A DNA stretch of 64,000 nt from Candidatus Parcubacteria bacterium (GCA_963806325.1 CAWDXL010000002.1:128802-192801), one strand, 5' to 3'; numbered from the stretch's first letter, positions 50,253-61,441 are shown. The notes: generated by a model from the letters alone, not told the origin. Translations and numbers: made by a program.

Positions 50253-51239
50253 TTGGAGGATATTATGAGTCTGTTCGTTGATATGATGGCATTTCCGCAA
50301 CGGCAAACGATGCCTATGTTCTTCGGTGCCGACTTCCCGCGGCCGGCTATTGTCTTCTGCACGGCCGCACCCCCTCTCATCACTTCTTCGGAAGAAATTC
50401 TCGTTGAGGTCAGAAAAACACTGCAGACGCTTAAGGCGCAGCCTGGCGTTACAGTCGTGCGCAAAGCTGCAGACATCACAGACCTCTCAAACGGTATCAA
50501 GGTTGTGCTCGGCCTTCAACATCCCCCACTGGATGCTACTCCCGCGGTCATGATCAGTCTTCGGAAGCTTGGTATCCGCTTCATGACTATCGCGTACAAA
50601 GGTGAAAATATTTATGGAGGCGGATTTCTTAGCAATAAGAGCCTCACAGCTGCCGGCAGCAAATTTCTTCAGATGCTCCAGGAGGCCGGAATGTGGATGG
50701 ATTTCTCCCATATCGGGCATGCCACGGCGCGCGACATTCTTAAAGAATACAAGTATATCCGCTTCCCGATTCTGGCCACCCACACAGGTGCGTACAAAGT
50801 GTACGACAATCCCCGCAATCTTCCCGTGGACATCCTTGAAGGCATTGTGCGACATCATGGTGTTGTGGGTCTATACACCCTCACCTTCGGACTTGACGCA
50901 AGCGACAATTCCCTCGAACCGTTTCGGAGGCATCTGATGCATCTTTTACAGGTGTGCGGCGAAAACTCTGTGGCTATCGGCACTGATGGAATCTATGAGA
51001 CAATGACAGTCGCGGCGCAGCGCGCTCAATTCGAACTCATGAACAAACATGTTGATACCGATGGTCGGATGCGTTCGCGTCATCCTGTCGAACCTCTCCC
51101 GTTAAACGGTGCCAACAAGGATATCGTCCTTCGTGGATATCTGGCCGACTGGCTGGGAGCTTCCGCTGCACATTCCGAAGATCTTGTGAACTGTGTCATG
51201 TTTGGAAACGCCCTCAATTTTTTGCGGGCAAATCTTTGA
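50253..51239 (+). CDS. membrane-dipeptidase-like (peptidase M19) protein
   Basis: 'VVLGLQHPP', 'LGIRFMTIAY', and 'GMWMDFSHIGHATARD'. GC content is clearly higher than in the flanking genes. Confidence 0.6.
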   Translation: MEDIMSLFVDMMAFPQRQTMPMFFGADFPRPAIVFCTAAPPLITSSEEILVEVRKTLQTLKAQPGVTVVRKAADITDLSNGIKVVLGLQHPPLDATPAVMISLRKLGIRFMTIAYKGENIYGGGFLSNKSLTAAGSKFLQMLQEAGMWMDFSHIGHATARDILKEYKYIRFPILATHTGAYKVYDNPRNLPVDILEGIVRHHGVVGLYTLTFGLDASDNSLEPFRRHLMHLLQVCGENSVAIGTDGIYETMTVAAQRAQFELMNKHVDTDGRMRSRHPVEPLPLNGANKDIVLRGYLADWLGASAAHSEDLVNCVMFGNALNFLRANL

Positions 51240-51313
51240 TCTTTTTTGTACAAAAAAACAAAACCGACTCTTTTCTTTATTGAACTGAGGCGGTTTTTTT
51301 CTAAACTTTGATA

Positions 51314-52864
51314 TTATTTCTTGACCCATTTCTGCTTGGTGCCGAGGCCAAAGTGTGTCGGATCGCCATGCGGCCAAAAGACGATGCGGGGATCAACACG
51401 TCCCGGGAGCATATGCGCATTATTTTTATGTTCAGCGCTTTTTTCAAGCAGAGACTCTGAAATTTTGTTTTGTACTTCCGATTTGAGCCAGTCTGACTCT
51501 ATAATCCCCTGCTTTAATTCCACATTAATGCTGAGAAACTCATTCTGATCGCTGTCATGCTCGGTCGACATTGTGAATTTTCCGGTTATATATTTATCAA
51601 TGCTCGGATGCTGGAGACCTCCTTTGATATATTCAGGGAAAATAATGGCGCCATAGAGCTTTGTAGAAAGATCTGTACGTTCGTACACATACACGAAAGG
51701 CAACTCAGCAATGGTGTCTTCAATACCCGCCTCATGTGCCTTTTTGCGAAGATCAAAACCTTCTTCCTTAAAAATATTTTCGACATCATTAAAATCCATT
51801 ACGCCGCCGTTGTCGCCGATTTCGTAGCGCAGGAGCGGCAGGGCATTGCTTCCGCTGCAGTAGACTTTGCCGTCTATTTCTTCAAAATTGATGAAGTGAG
51901 GATTAAATTGGGCAAACGTTGGCAACCGATTAGCCTCTTTAAAAAGCTTTGTATAGAGATTTTTATGCTTGAGTGCCAGACGACGGATAAAAATGCTGAG
52001 AGGAGTTTCCTGCGCCATGGTGCCAAGATCGGCGCTGCCATAGACATTCATTGTGTCGCGCAGTACATTTTTAATACCGGTCTTCTCCAAAATGTATTCG
52101 CGGAATTTTTCTGAAAATCCTTCAGCGGCAAAAATTATTTTAAGATTATAATTGTGCCAGAACACCCCATGATCTTCTCCTTCATCGATCACGTCTTTCA
52201 TAAATGGTGGATAGCCACAGAGAATGACCTGATCAAATTTGCCGCCGATATTTTTAAGCGCCTCGTAAATTTCTTTTTTGTTGACGCCTGGTGTAAGAAT
52301 AGTAAGCGGATATCCGCGCTCAGAAATTGTTTTAAAAGCTTCGTATGTAATGACACCGCCAATCCAGACACCCATGCCAAAACATACAAGCACGAGCGTC
52401 GATTTTTCCTTATCAATATTGCTTGTCTTTAAAAACATTTCATGACAAATGGACGATTGCCAGTCAAGAATACTGTTGCGAGGAAAATAAAATGGCGCAC
52501 CGGTGGAGCCTGACGTTGACGTAAATACAAGCGATTGCGTAAGCGTTCCCTGCATACAGAGTTCTTCTAATAGATACTGCCGAAGATAATTTGCCTTATT
52601 CATAATAGGAACTTTCTTGAAATCTTCATATGTTTTTATCTTTACTGGATTGATGCCGTGAGTCTTAAGAAATGGTTTGTAAGCCGGAACTTTGTCTACG
52701 CAAATGTTAAAAAGCCGCACAAGCTGTGCCTCGCGTTCAGCTTTCCAAAAATCACCTTTTTTTGAATAGATAAATCGTAGAAAATCAAGCGGTCGGGCAA
52801 GCTGCGATTTTGTCCGCTTTGATCCAGTCTTCAATGCTGTTTTTTTTGAAATTGCTTTTGCCAT
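51314..52864 (-). CDS. adenylate-forming enzyme, phenylacetate-CoA ligase (PaaK)/CapK-like family
   Basis: AMP-binding motif 'TSGSTGAPFYF', 'YGSADLG', and a C-terminal PaaK-like domain. Confidence 0.65.
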   Translation of the reverse strand: MAKAISKKTALKTGSKRTKSQLARPLDFLRFIYSKKGDFWKAEREAQLVRLFNICVDKVPAYKPFLKTHGINPVKIKTYEDFKKVPIMNKANYLRQYLLEELCMQGTLTQSLVFTSTSGSTGAPFYFPRNSILDWQSSICHEMFLKTSNIDKEKSTLVLVCFGMGVWIGGVITYEAFKTISERGYPLTILTPGVNKKEIYEALKNIGGKFDQVILCGYPPFMKDVIDEGEDHGVFWHNYNLKIIFAAEGFSEKFREYILEKTGIKNVLRDTMNVYGSADLGTMAQETPLSIFIRRLALKHKNLYTKLFKEANRLPTFAQFNPHFINFEEIDGKVYCSGSNALPLLRYEIGDNGGVMDFNDVENIFKEEGFDLRKKAHEAGIEDTIAELPFVYVYERTDLSTKLYGAIIFPEYIKGGLQHPSIDKYITGKFTMSTEHDSDQNEFLSINVELKQGIIESDWLKSEVQNKISESLLEKSAEHKNNAHMLPGRVDPRIVFWPHGDPTHFGLGTKQKWVKK

Positions 52865-53042
52865 TTAGTTAAACAAAAAACGCCACACAAAGGGCGTTTC
52901 TAACGTGAAAATTTAAATATTGCGGCCAACTAATGCATTGACCTCTGGAAACTCCAACCGGTATTGTTCTCGAATCTGTATCATTAATAAATAGATTATA
53001 GCTTAATCCTACACGAACACTGTAGGAAGTCAACTTTTCCTC

Positions 53043-54433
53043 TTAATCAGCTTTTATTTTAGAAAAAATAGTCTTAATGAGTGCTTCAAAACCGGCAATA
53101 TTTACCGTGGTCCCATCTAAATTATTAACATCAAACATCTCTTTTTCAGGATCTGTATTTATTATGAGTACACTCGCTTGACGTTTTTCCGCAAACTGAG
53201 CTTGTTTGCCGAGACTTTCATCGTCTTTGTAAAACACTTCCGTTTTGATTCCCTGTTCTCGAAGTTTTTCTGCAAGAGCATTGGCCTGGACTCGCTCATC
53301 ATTTTTCTCATCTTTAGCAATAGGCTTAATACCAATGACAACATCTACCGTTGATTTTTTTGCGGCTGTTCCCAGCTTTTCATGTTTCATAATATCAAGC
53401 AGACGCGTCAGCCCAATAGAAATGCCGACACCGGGCAGCGTTCGGCTGATAAATTTTCCAGCCAAATCAGCATAGCGTCCGCCGGAGCAGATGCTGCCGT
53501 ATTTTTCCAGGTCATCAATTGTTGTCTCAAAAACTGTACCTGTGATATTCTAATCCCCGAGCAATTTTAAGATCAACAACAAATTTTCCAGTCCTCGCTC
53601 TCGTATGACGGAGAAACTCAGCTACTTCTTTTAGTTCAGCAAAACCGAGTGTTAAATTTTCTGAACTATCATTGCGCGCAGCATTCTCAGCGGTCAAGCG
53701 GTGATGAATACGATCCAATGTCTCGATATTTTGGATATCTATTTTTTTATCTAAAATATCTAAAATTTCAAACGCCGTCTCCTTGCTGATGCTGAGTTCT
53801 TTTGTGAGAGAATCCTGAGTAGCCTCTTTGCCAACCTTATCAAATTTATCAATGATGCGCATGGCTGCAGGAACATCGGAAACTCCAAAAGTTTCAATGA
53901 TTCCCTGCAGGAATTTTCTGTTGTTGATGTGAATCGTAAAATTACCGAATTCAAAGCCCTCAAGAATTTTGAATGCTACTGCAGCCACTTTCAGCATCAA
54001 AATGAAGTGGTAATGCACCGTTGGCAACAACATCAATATCCGCCTGATAAAATTCTCGGAACCTGCCTTTTTGCGGGCGCTCCCCCCTCCACACTCTTTG
54101 AATTTGGTAGCGTTTGAACGGGAAAATTAAATCCTCATAATGTTGCGCCGTATACCGTGCAAACGGTACAGTGAGATCAAAGCGAAGCGCTCTATCCGAC
54201 TCGCCAGCTTCGGCGTCGCCCTCACCAAGTGCCCGGGAGATAGTATAAATCTCTTTATTAATTTCACCTTTTGTGGAAAGCGTATCGAGATATTCAACTG
54301 CTGACGTTTCGAGCGGAACATAGCCAAAAAGCTCAGCCTCTTTTCTAATGCTCGCTTTGAGCTTTTCTTCGACAATTTGTTCTTCCGGAAGATTTTCAGG
54401 AAAACCGCTTGGATTATGATACTTATGCGACAT
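53043..54433 (-). CDS. hisS: histidine--tRNA ligase, reading frame interrupted twice (near 53990 and 53490)
   Basis: The N-terminal part shows 'RFDLTVPFARY' and 'KRYQIQRVWRGERPQKGRFREFYQADIDV'. The middle part shows 'FEFGNFTIHINNRKFLQG' and 'ARGLEY'. The C-terminal part shows 'GGRYADLAGKFISRTLPGVGISIGLTRL' plus the anticodon-binding domain. All are collinear across three ORFs. Confidence 0.75.
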
Positions 54434-54445
54434 ATCTCAAGTGTA

Positions 54446-55555
54446 TCATATTCCTTCCTTTTTGAGTTCTTCAATAAGCTTGGCGGCAGTCTTTGAAATT
54501 TTTGCCGGGAGTTTGATATTAATCTTTACAAGAATGTCGCCGCGTTTGCTGCGATCAATCGGTACTCCTTTGCCCTTAACACGCAAGACCTCGCCGTAAT
54601 TGACACCAACAGGGATTTTGATAGTAATCGGTCCATCAAGCGTTTGAAGCATATATTCTCCTCCGAGAAGTGCAGTGGAAAGATTGATATTGAGATCTGT
54701 CAGAAGATTGATGCCATCCTTTCTGAAAAACGGATGCTTTTTAACGTGAATTTTTATATAGAGATCCCCAGAAATACCTCCTGCGACAGCTTCTCCCATA
54801 CCGCTCATACGAATCATTTCGCCATCGTTAATACCAGCAGGAATTCGAATACTTATTTCTTCCTGCTTGCGAACCACTCCAAGCCCGGCGCAATTTCTGC
54901 ATTTTTGAACTGGAATTTTCCCTCTGCCGTTGCATGTCGGACATGTGCGAACTGATGTGAATGATCCAAGAAATGATGTGCGGGCTTCGTGAATCTGGCC
55001 TTTGCCATTACATGTCGAGCAGGTTTTCATCTCAGAATTTTTTTCAGCTCCAGATCCACCGCAGACATCACAGACACTCGTCTTCATGAGCATAACCTTC
55101 CGTTCAATACCAAATACCGCTTCATTGAATGCAATTTCAATATCAATAGAGATATCAGATCCTCGTTTTTGTCGTGCTGTATTTCCACCGCGGCCGCCTC
55201 CGCCGAAAAATGATCCAAAAATATCGCCGATGTCAAAATCTTGAAAACCCTGGCCTTGGCCATTGGTAAATCCGGAAAAATCAAAACCGAAGTCATTTGG
55301 ATTAAATCCGCCTGCTCCCTGACCGCCAGCATTTGATCCGGCACCGCTCGCCGTGCGGCCATACGTATCATACTCATTCCGTTTGGCATCATCGGACAAC
55401 ACTGAATATGCCTCATTCACTTCTTTGAATTTGCTTTCGTTACCGCCTTTTTTGTCGGGATGGTACTCGTGTGCAAGCTTCCGGAACGCTTTTTTAATAT
55501 CATCCTTCGACGCACCTTTTTGTACTCCTAATATATCGTAGTAATTCTTTGGCAT
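54446..55555 (-). CDS. dnaJ: molecular chaperone DnaJ
   Basis: J-domain 'YYDILGV...HPDK', a G/F region, and four CxxCxGxG zinc-finger repeats. Confidence 0.9.
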   Translation of the reverse strand: MPKNYYDILGVQKGASKDDIKKAFRKLAHEYHPDKKGGNESKFKEVNEAYSVLSDDAKRNEYDTYGRTASGAGSNAGGQGAGGFNPNDFGFDFSGFTNGQGQGFQDFDIGDIFGSFFGGGGRGGNTARQKRGSDISIDIEIAFNEAVFGIERKVMLMKTSVCDVCGGSGAEKNSEMKTCSTCNGKGQIHEARTSFLGSFTSVRTCPTCNGRGKIPVQKCRNCAGLGVVRKQEEISIRIPAGINDGEMIRMSGMGEAVAGGISGDLYIKIHVKKHPFFRKDGINLLTDLNINLSTALLGGEYMLQTLDGPITIKIPVGVNYGEVLRVKGKGVPIDRSKRGDILVKINIKLPAKISKTAAKLIEELKKEGI

Positions 55556-55655
55556 AGTTTTATCATTATATACAAGTTTCGTCTTGATGTTTTAAATAAA
55601 CATGGTACAAAACATCTTGCATGACACACGCCAAAACAAGATGTTCTGAATATAT

Positions 55656-57570
55656 TTACTTAGTCTCTCCTGTTCCTGGCTGGGCTGAATCAGTACCCGG
55701 CTCCTTGGTCTCAGCATCACGCACCGTTCCTTCTGGATTTGGCGGCGTCTGAGCGGCAGAGGCTGCACTATTCATGGCTTGCCCTATTTTTTGAATTTCA
55801 GCCGAGAGTGCTTCTGTAGCTCTTTTGATATCATCAATGTTCGGAGTTGTAGCATCTTTAGCAGTTTTGAGTTCGGCCACTTTTGCCTCAACGGATGTTT
55901 TGACATCAGCCGGCACCTTGTCGCCTGCGTCTTTCAAAGCTTTTTCAGAGGTGTAAACGAGCTGTTCGGCAATGTTTTTCGCTTCAACAATGTCTTTCTT
56001 TTTTTGGTCGTCAGATGCATGCATTTTCAGCGTCTTTTTGCATTTTCTGAATATCTTCTTTTGAAAGACCGGAGCTGCCCTGAATAGTGATCGACTGTTC
56101 TTTGCCTGTTGTTTTTTCTTTTGCTTTTACATTCAAGATACCGTTGGCATCTACGTCGAGCGATACTTCTACTTGAGGCATGCCCCGAGGAGATGGCGGA
56201 ATACCGTCGAGAATAAATTTGCCGAGCGACTTATTGTCGGCAGCCATGACACGCTCGCCCTGGACAATGTGAATTTCTACCGATGTCTGATTATCAGCTG
56301 CTGTTGAGAATACTTGAGAACGAGATGTTGGAATTGTGCTATTTTTCTCGATGAGTTTTGTAGCAACACCACCCATAGTTTCGATACTCAATGAAAGCGG
56401 AATAACATCCAAAAGGAGAATGTCTTTGACGTCTCCGGAAATGACGCCTCCCTGGATAGCAGCACCAACAGCCACTACTTCATCGGGATTGACACCCATG
56501 TGTGGATCTTTGCCGAAATACGCTTTCACGGCCTGTTGCATTGCCGGCATGCGGGTTTGTCCCCCAACGAGCACAACTTCATTAATATCAGCAATTTTAA
56601 ACGGTGAGGCTTCGACAGCGCGCTTGGTGATTTCCATGGCGCGATTGATAAATTCCCGAGTCAACTCTTCAAGCTTTGCTCGTGTCAAACTCGTTACAAG
56701 ATGCTTCGGGCCATCGCTGCCTGAGGAAATAAACGGGATATTGATTTCAGCCTGCACCGCAGATGAAAGCTCGATCTTGGCTTTTTCTGCTGCTTCATCA
56801 AGGCGCTGTACAGCCAGCGAATCTTTCATGAGATCAATGCCATTTTCTTTTTTGAATTCTCCGGCGAGCCATGCAATAATTTTCTGATCGATATCTTTTC
56901 CACCCAGGTGAGCATCGCCGTCGACCGATTTTACCTCCACCACATCACCGCCAACTTCTAGAATCGAGATATCGAACGTACCGCCGCCGAAATCGAAGAC
57001 AGCGATTTTTTCATCTTTCTTTTTGTCGGAACCATACGCAAGCGCTGCAGCCGTCGGCTCGTTGATGATACGCTTCACGTCGAGACCTGCGATTTTGCCG
57101 GCATCCTTTGTCGCCTGACGCTGAGCATCATTAAAATATGCAGGCACCGTAATCACCGCCTCAGTAATTTTTACTCCCAGTTTTGCTTCAGCATCAGCCT
57201 TAAGCTTCTGAAGAATCATTGCCGAGATTTCTTCTGGACGATACCATGCATCACCCATCTTCACCTCGATGCCTCCATTCGTTGATTTGCGCGTTTCAAA
57301 TGGCACAGATTTTATGTCCTTTTGAACAGCGGGTTCATCATAGTTGTGGCCGATGAAGCGCTTGATCTGATAGATCGTATTTTTTGGATTTGTGACTGCC
57401 TGTCTGCGTGCGAGCAAACCGACAATTCTTTCACCTGTTTTTGACTGGGCGACAATCGATGGAGTCGTACGTGCACCCTCAGTATTCTCAATAATTCGTG
57501 CTTCGCCCCCCTCCATGACCGCTACCGCGGAATTTGTGGTACCGAGATCGATACCGATAATTTTTGCCAT
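55656..57570 (-). CDS. dnaK: molecular chaperone DnaK (Hsp70), frame broken by a 4-nt tandem duplication near 56018-56025
   Basis: 56011..57570 shows '[14 protein letters not shown]', 'DLGGGTFD', and the SBD. 55656..56024 encodes the C-terminal lid. The junction 'gcatgcat' would read in frame ('KDAENASDDQKK') with a single gcat. Confidence 0.85.
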
Positions 57571-57603
57571 AGATAAAATAATTAATGCGTTTAATAAAAC
57601 AGA

Positions 57604-57939
57604 TTAATTATGATCAGTTGGTGGCATCGGTGCTAGACCGATAATTACTCGTGAGTTTACAGTGCCAAAAATCGCGCCTATATATGGAGATGCGACAGCG
57701 CGACAAGCCGGCGCCTGGCATGCAGATGTGCCTAGGGCAAGCACAGAGCTTCCAACAGTGCCCGCCAGCATGCGGACTGTTTTTGGGATAATCTTTACAA
57801 CTTTCGGTTCCGAAATTGCGACCGTTTCATCACCTCGTGTTTCAAGCAAAATAGCAAGCACTACCCATACGGTCGGCTGCTCGAGTCTGATAAAACGAAT
57901 ATGCTGTTTGTTGTTTACTTTAAGCATTAAATTATACAA
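57604..57939 (-). CDS. hypothetical protein between grpE and dnaK
   Basis: 111-aa ORF with no HrcA similarity. Confidence 0.3.
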   Translation of the reverse strand: MYNLMLKVNNKQHIRFIRLEQPTVWVVLAILLETRGDETVAISEPKVVKIIPKTVRMLAGTVGSSVLALGTSACQAPACRAVASPYIGAIFGTVNSRVIIGLAPMPPTDHN

Positions 57940-57955
57940 ACATTTTCACGCCTTA

Positions 57956-58564
57956 TTATTCCTTTTTGAATTCACCCACAATGACGCGCGGCGCCTTCAC
58001 TTCTTTGCCGGCAATGCTATAGCCTTTCTGAATTACTTTAGTGATAGTCTGATCCAGCTTCTTGTCGGCAACAGGCTCAAATGAGACGGCCTCGTCTCGC
58101 ATTGGATCAAATTTTTCGCCAATAGGATTGATTTCTTTGACGCCATTGTCTTCCAAAACTTTAAGAAGCTGGGTGTAAATATGCTCCACACCGATCCGCC
58201 AATTTTTATCAACCGCTTCCCACGCTTCCTTATTTGCTTTTGCCATCTCGAAGCTTTCAAGCACAGGAAGCATATCTTCTACGAGTCCGGCTTTGGCAAA
58301 CTTGGCAAACTCTTTCTTGTCTTCCTCATCGCGCTTGCGGGCATTGATAAATTCCGCCTTGGCGCGCTGCCAGCCATCGAGATATTCCTGCTTTTCCGCT
58401 ACTGCTTTCTTCAATTTTTCGCGTAACTCTTTAACGGTATCTTTCGTAGTGGCGGTATTCCCCTCGCCGTCTTCCGGTACAAATTCATTATCTTCTTCCG
58501 CTTCCACAATCGGCTCGGTATCGCCTTGAATATCTTGTTTGTTCTGATTATTTTCATCCTGCAT
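57956..58564 (-). CDS. grpE: nucleotide exchange factor GrpE
   Basis: Acidic N-terminus, a coiled-coil, and a C-terminal beta-domain 'AGKEVKAPRVIVGEF'. Confidence 0.8.
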   Translation of the reverse strand: MQDENNQNKQDIQGDTEPIVEAEEDNEFVPEDGEGNTATTKDTVKELREKLKKAVAEKQEYLDGWQRAKAEFINARKRDEEDKKEFAKFAKAGLVEDMLPVLESFEMAKANKEAWEAVDKNWRIGVEHIYTQLLKVLEDNGVKEINPIGEKFDPMRDEAVSFEPVADKKLDQTITKVIQKGYSIAGKEVKAPRVIVGEFKKE

Positions 58565-58623
58565 AGGACTCTATTTTAAAAGATTTTATGCAGAAGTCAA
58601 ATTTTATAACCTTATATATTTAA

Positions 58624-59163
58624 TTACATTCCGAGAGTGTCGATCTTATAATCAGAGCCAGGACATTCATTTCTATAATTAACATCACTTATCATGGAAC
58701 AATAAGAACTATTTTTTGTAGCTTCAGCTACTCCAATGATACATTCTGAAAATTCCATCTTATAATAAAAAGATTGGGTATTATCTATATTCTTACAGAC
58801 ATTTATATCTTTGCTTCTATAGGCTACTGCAACATAACATCGATATGCCAAAGACTCATCGATTCCTCTAACCATAGTACAGATGCTTGCGTCTTGTTTT
58901 ACTACAGCAAATTGCACAATACACACGTTTCTTAATCCCTGAGCACTGATACTCCATTGATGAAAAATCGGTGTGAGTGTTATTTTATTACATATTGATA
59001 CATCATTTTTTGAAACTGCAATAGAGGCTACATTTTCTACACCATTTGAATTTGATAAAAAGTAATATTGAGTATTGAGATACCAATACACCCCTAATAT
59101 AGTAAGCAACAAAACACCAATTATTATTAAAGGGACAATAAAACCTTTTTGTGAGTTTTTCAT
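58624..59163 (-). CDS. membrane-anchored Cys-rich hypothetical protein
   Basis: N-terminal TM plus 9 Cys in its soluble domain. Confidence 0.4.
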   Translation of the reverse strand: MKNSQKGFIVPLIIIGVLLLTILGVYWYLNTQYYFLSNSNGVENVASIAVSKNDVSICNKITLTPIFHQWSISAQGLRNVCIVQFAVVKQDASICTMVRGIDESLAYRCYVAVAYRSKDINVCKNIDNTQSFYYKMEFSECIIGVAEATKNSSYCSMISDVNYRNECPGSDYKIDTLGM

Positions 59164-59227
59164 ATAAACATAACTCTACAGTACAAATACGTTTTACACC
59201 AACAGATTGTTCACAGTTAAAACAAAA

Positions 59228-59253
59228 AATTCCTCGTTTTGGAGGAATTTTTT
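59228..59253 (-). terminator. rho-independent terminator after rpsI
   Basis: aattcctc-gttttg-gaggaatt followed by ttttt, with an A-tract upstream (bidirectional). Confidence 0.55.
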
Positions 59254-59262
59254 GAAATAGAT

Positions 59263-59668
59263 TTATCGCTTACTCCACTGTGGAGCCTTGCGAGCCTTCT
59301 TGAGGCCGAACTTGCGGCGCTCCTTAGCACGAGGATCGCGCTTCAAGAATCCTTCCGATTTCAATGGCGCACGGAGAAGCTTATCGTATTCAATAAGAGC
59401 ACGGGAAATACCATGGCGAACCGCGACCGATTGCGAGCTGATACCGCCTCCCTTAACAAGAGCTGTGACCTTAAATTTTGCGGGGGTCTTCGAAGTTGCA
59501 AATGCTTCTGGTGGCAACGCGCTGAAGCTCGGCTGTAGGAAAATAATCAGCAAGTTCTTTATCATTGACAAGATATGTTGTCTTGGCTGCCTCGGTAATA
59601 CGAACACGCGCAACCGACGTCTTGCGGCGACCAACTGTCTCTATATATTTTTTATCCTCGTTATTCAT
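59263..59668 (-). CDS. rpsI: 30S ribosomal protein S9, frame broken in a C5 homopolymer (~59490-59500)
   Basis: The N-terminal ORF carries '[13 protein letters not shown]'. The C-terminal ORF carries '[20 protein letters not shown]...KAPQWSKR'. Confidence 0.8.
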
Positions 59669-59697
59669 AATAATTTTATTTAAAGATAGTACGGTTA

Positions 59698-60042
59698 TTA
59701 TTCTGAAATTTTCAGATTATTCATCATTCTCGATCGCAGTTTGTTGCTTGGCAGCATACCGTAAGTAGCCAAGCGGAACAACTCTTCGTGACCTTTCTTT
59801 TCTAAAACACCGGCAACAGTCGGAGTAATGATACCACTGGCGTACTTGGTGTAGCGAGATTTGAGTTTCTGTTCTTTCTTTTTGAGAGAAATATCAGCTT
59901 TAGCAGCATTGATAATTTCCACTTGAACATCAGGAATGGCGTTACGGACATATTCGGTCGTATTTTTGCCCATAAGAAGCGTAGCGGCTGCTGAAGCTAC
60001 GCGTCCTACTTTTTTGTTTTCTGCGTCCAGTGTGTATTTCAT
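59698..60042 (-). CDS. rplM: 50S ribosomal protein L13 (short form)
   Basis: 'GRVASAAATLLMGKN' with L13-like spacing. It lies adjacent to rpsI. Confidence 0.75.
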   Translation of the reverse strand: MKYTLDAENKKVGRVASAAATLLMGKNTTEYVRNAIPDVQVEIINAAKADISLKKKEQKLKSRYTKYASGIITPTVAGVLEKKGHEELFRLATYGMLPSNKLRSRMMNNLKISE

Positions 60043-60045
60043 ATT

Positions 60046-60393
60046 TTATACAAATTCAATTTGTGCCATACGGCTTGCATCTGACATGCGGACCGGAAGC
60101 TTGGTAATGCGGGTATAGCCGCCAGCGCGCTCCTTAAACTTAGGGCCGACGGTATCTATAAGCTTGTTTGCACCCTCATGTCCAAGCTGAGTGATGAGAA
60201 AACGCTTCGTGGCAATACTGCCTGTCTTCGAGCGCGTGATGAGCTTCTCGACAAATGGTCGAAGTTCTTTTGCCTTAGCTTCTGTCGTCTGGATTTTCTC
60301 ACGGATAACAAGAGCTTGAGCAAGCGAACGCATAAGCGCTTTACGAGCATCTGCTGGTCGTCCGAATTTTCTGTTTGCGTTGTGGTGTCTCAT
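60046..60393 (-). CDS. rplQ: 50S ribosomal protein L17
   Basis: 'MRHHNANRKFGRPADARKALMRSLA' and 'GGYTRI'. Confidence 0.85.
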   Translation of the reverse strand: MRHHNANRKFGRPADARKALMRSLAQALVIREKIQTTEAKAKELRPFVEKLITRSKTGSIATKRFLITQLGHEGANKLIDTVGPKFKERAGGYTRITKLPVRMSDASRMAQIEFV

Positions 60394-60399
60394 GTAATT

Positions 60400-61368
60400 T
60401 TAACTTTTCAAAACAATACCGTACACGCTCAGGGCCTTCTTGATTTCCTGGAGACCTTTTGCTCCCAAGCCTTCGATTTCAAGAATGTCCTGCTCGTATT
60501 TTCGGCTCAATCCTCCAACAGTCCTGATATTTGCGTTTGAGAGGGCATTCATTGTGCGCTGAGAAAGATTGAGCGATTCAATCCGCGTCTTCAATGATTC
60601 GGTATCAGCTTCGCGGGCAACATGTGCTTCTGTTTTATCGGCTGAAGAGGCAGCTGGAGCAAGTTCTTCTTCCTGCTGTTTGAATCCAACAATGGCGCGA
60701 AGCTGTGCAATCATAATTTCAATAGATCGTTCGAGGGCTTCTTTTGGAGTCATGGTACCATCTGTTTCGATAAAGATCTTGAGACGGTTGAAATCAGTCC
60801 GATCACCAACGCGCATATTTACAACTTCATAGTGAACTCGCTTAATAGGTGTAAAGCTTGCATCGAGGGTAATACTGCCGATATCAACGCGATTTTTCTG
60901 TAGAACTTCTTTTGACACGTAACCAAGCCCCTTCTCAACCGTCATTTCAATGTCGAGCTCAGTATTTTTGTCGGTGATGTGGGCAATAATGAGTTCAGGA
61001 TTCAAAATTTCAATCTGACCGGAAACCTTAATATCTGCCGCCGTTACCTCGTTAATTCCCTTAACTTTAAGGGTAATTACCTGCGGTTCGTCGGTGATCA
61101 TCTGAATTCTGACCTTTTTAAGGCCGAGAAGGATTGTGATAACATCTTCTTTAACGCCATCTAATGTAGAAAATTCATGGCTGACGCCCGCAATCTTGAT
61201 GGAAGTAATCGCAGCGCCGGGAAGCGAAGAAAGGATGATTCGGCGAAGGCTGTTTCCAAGAGTATGGCCATAGCCAGGATAAAGACCGTCTATTTCATAT
61301 GAGCCCTGCGAATTTTCTTCGTGGACAATCTTTGGCTTTGATGGCAAAACGATATTAAAGTCAGACAT
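60400..61368 (-). CDS. rpoA: DNA-directed RNA polymerase subunit alpha
   Basis: N-terminal domain 'GYGHTLGNSLRRILLSS' plus a C-terminal alpha-CTD. Confidence 0.9.
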   Translation of the reverse strand: MSDFNIVLPSKPKIVHEENSQGSYEIDGLYPGYGHTLGNSLRRIILSSLPGAAITSIKIAGVSHEFSTLDGVKEDVITILLGLKKVRIQMITDEPQVITLKVKGINEVTAADIKVSGQIEILNPELIIAHITDKNTELDIEMTVEKGLGYVSKEVLQKNRVDIGSITLDASFTPIKRVHYEVVNMRVGDRTDFNRLKIFIETDGTMTPKEALERSIEIMIAQLRAIVGFKQQEEELAPAASSADKTEAHVAREADTESLKTRIESLNLSQRTMNALSNANIRTVGGLSRKYEQDILEIEGLGAKGLQEIKKALSVYGIVLKS

Positions 61369-61441
61369 AGCGTTGGTTATTAGTGTATAAAAATATAATC
61401 TATTTTTTGTATTTTGTAAATACCCTAGCCTTTATCAATGT

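Noticed and set aside
51241-51300. Possible terminator between the convergent M19 and PaaK-like genes
   Set aside because: Only a short, imperfect stem (ccgactc / gaggcgg) could be drawn. It is too weak to call.
54127-54474. 115-aa minus-strand ORF overlapping the hisS N-terminal region
   Set aside because: It is an alternative frame of hisS. The HisRS motifs are in the other frame.
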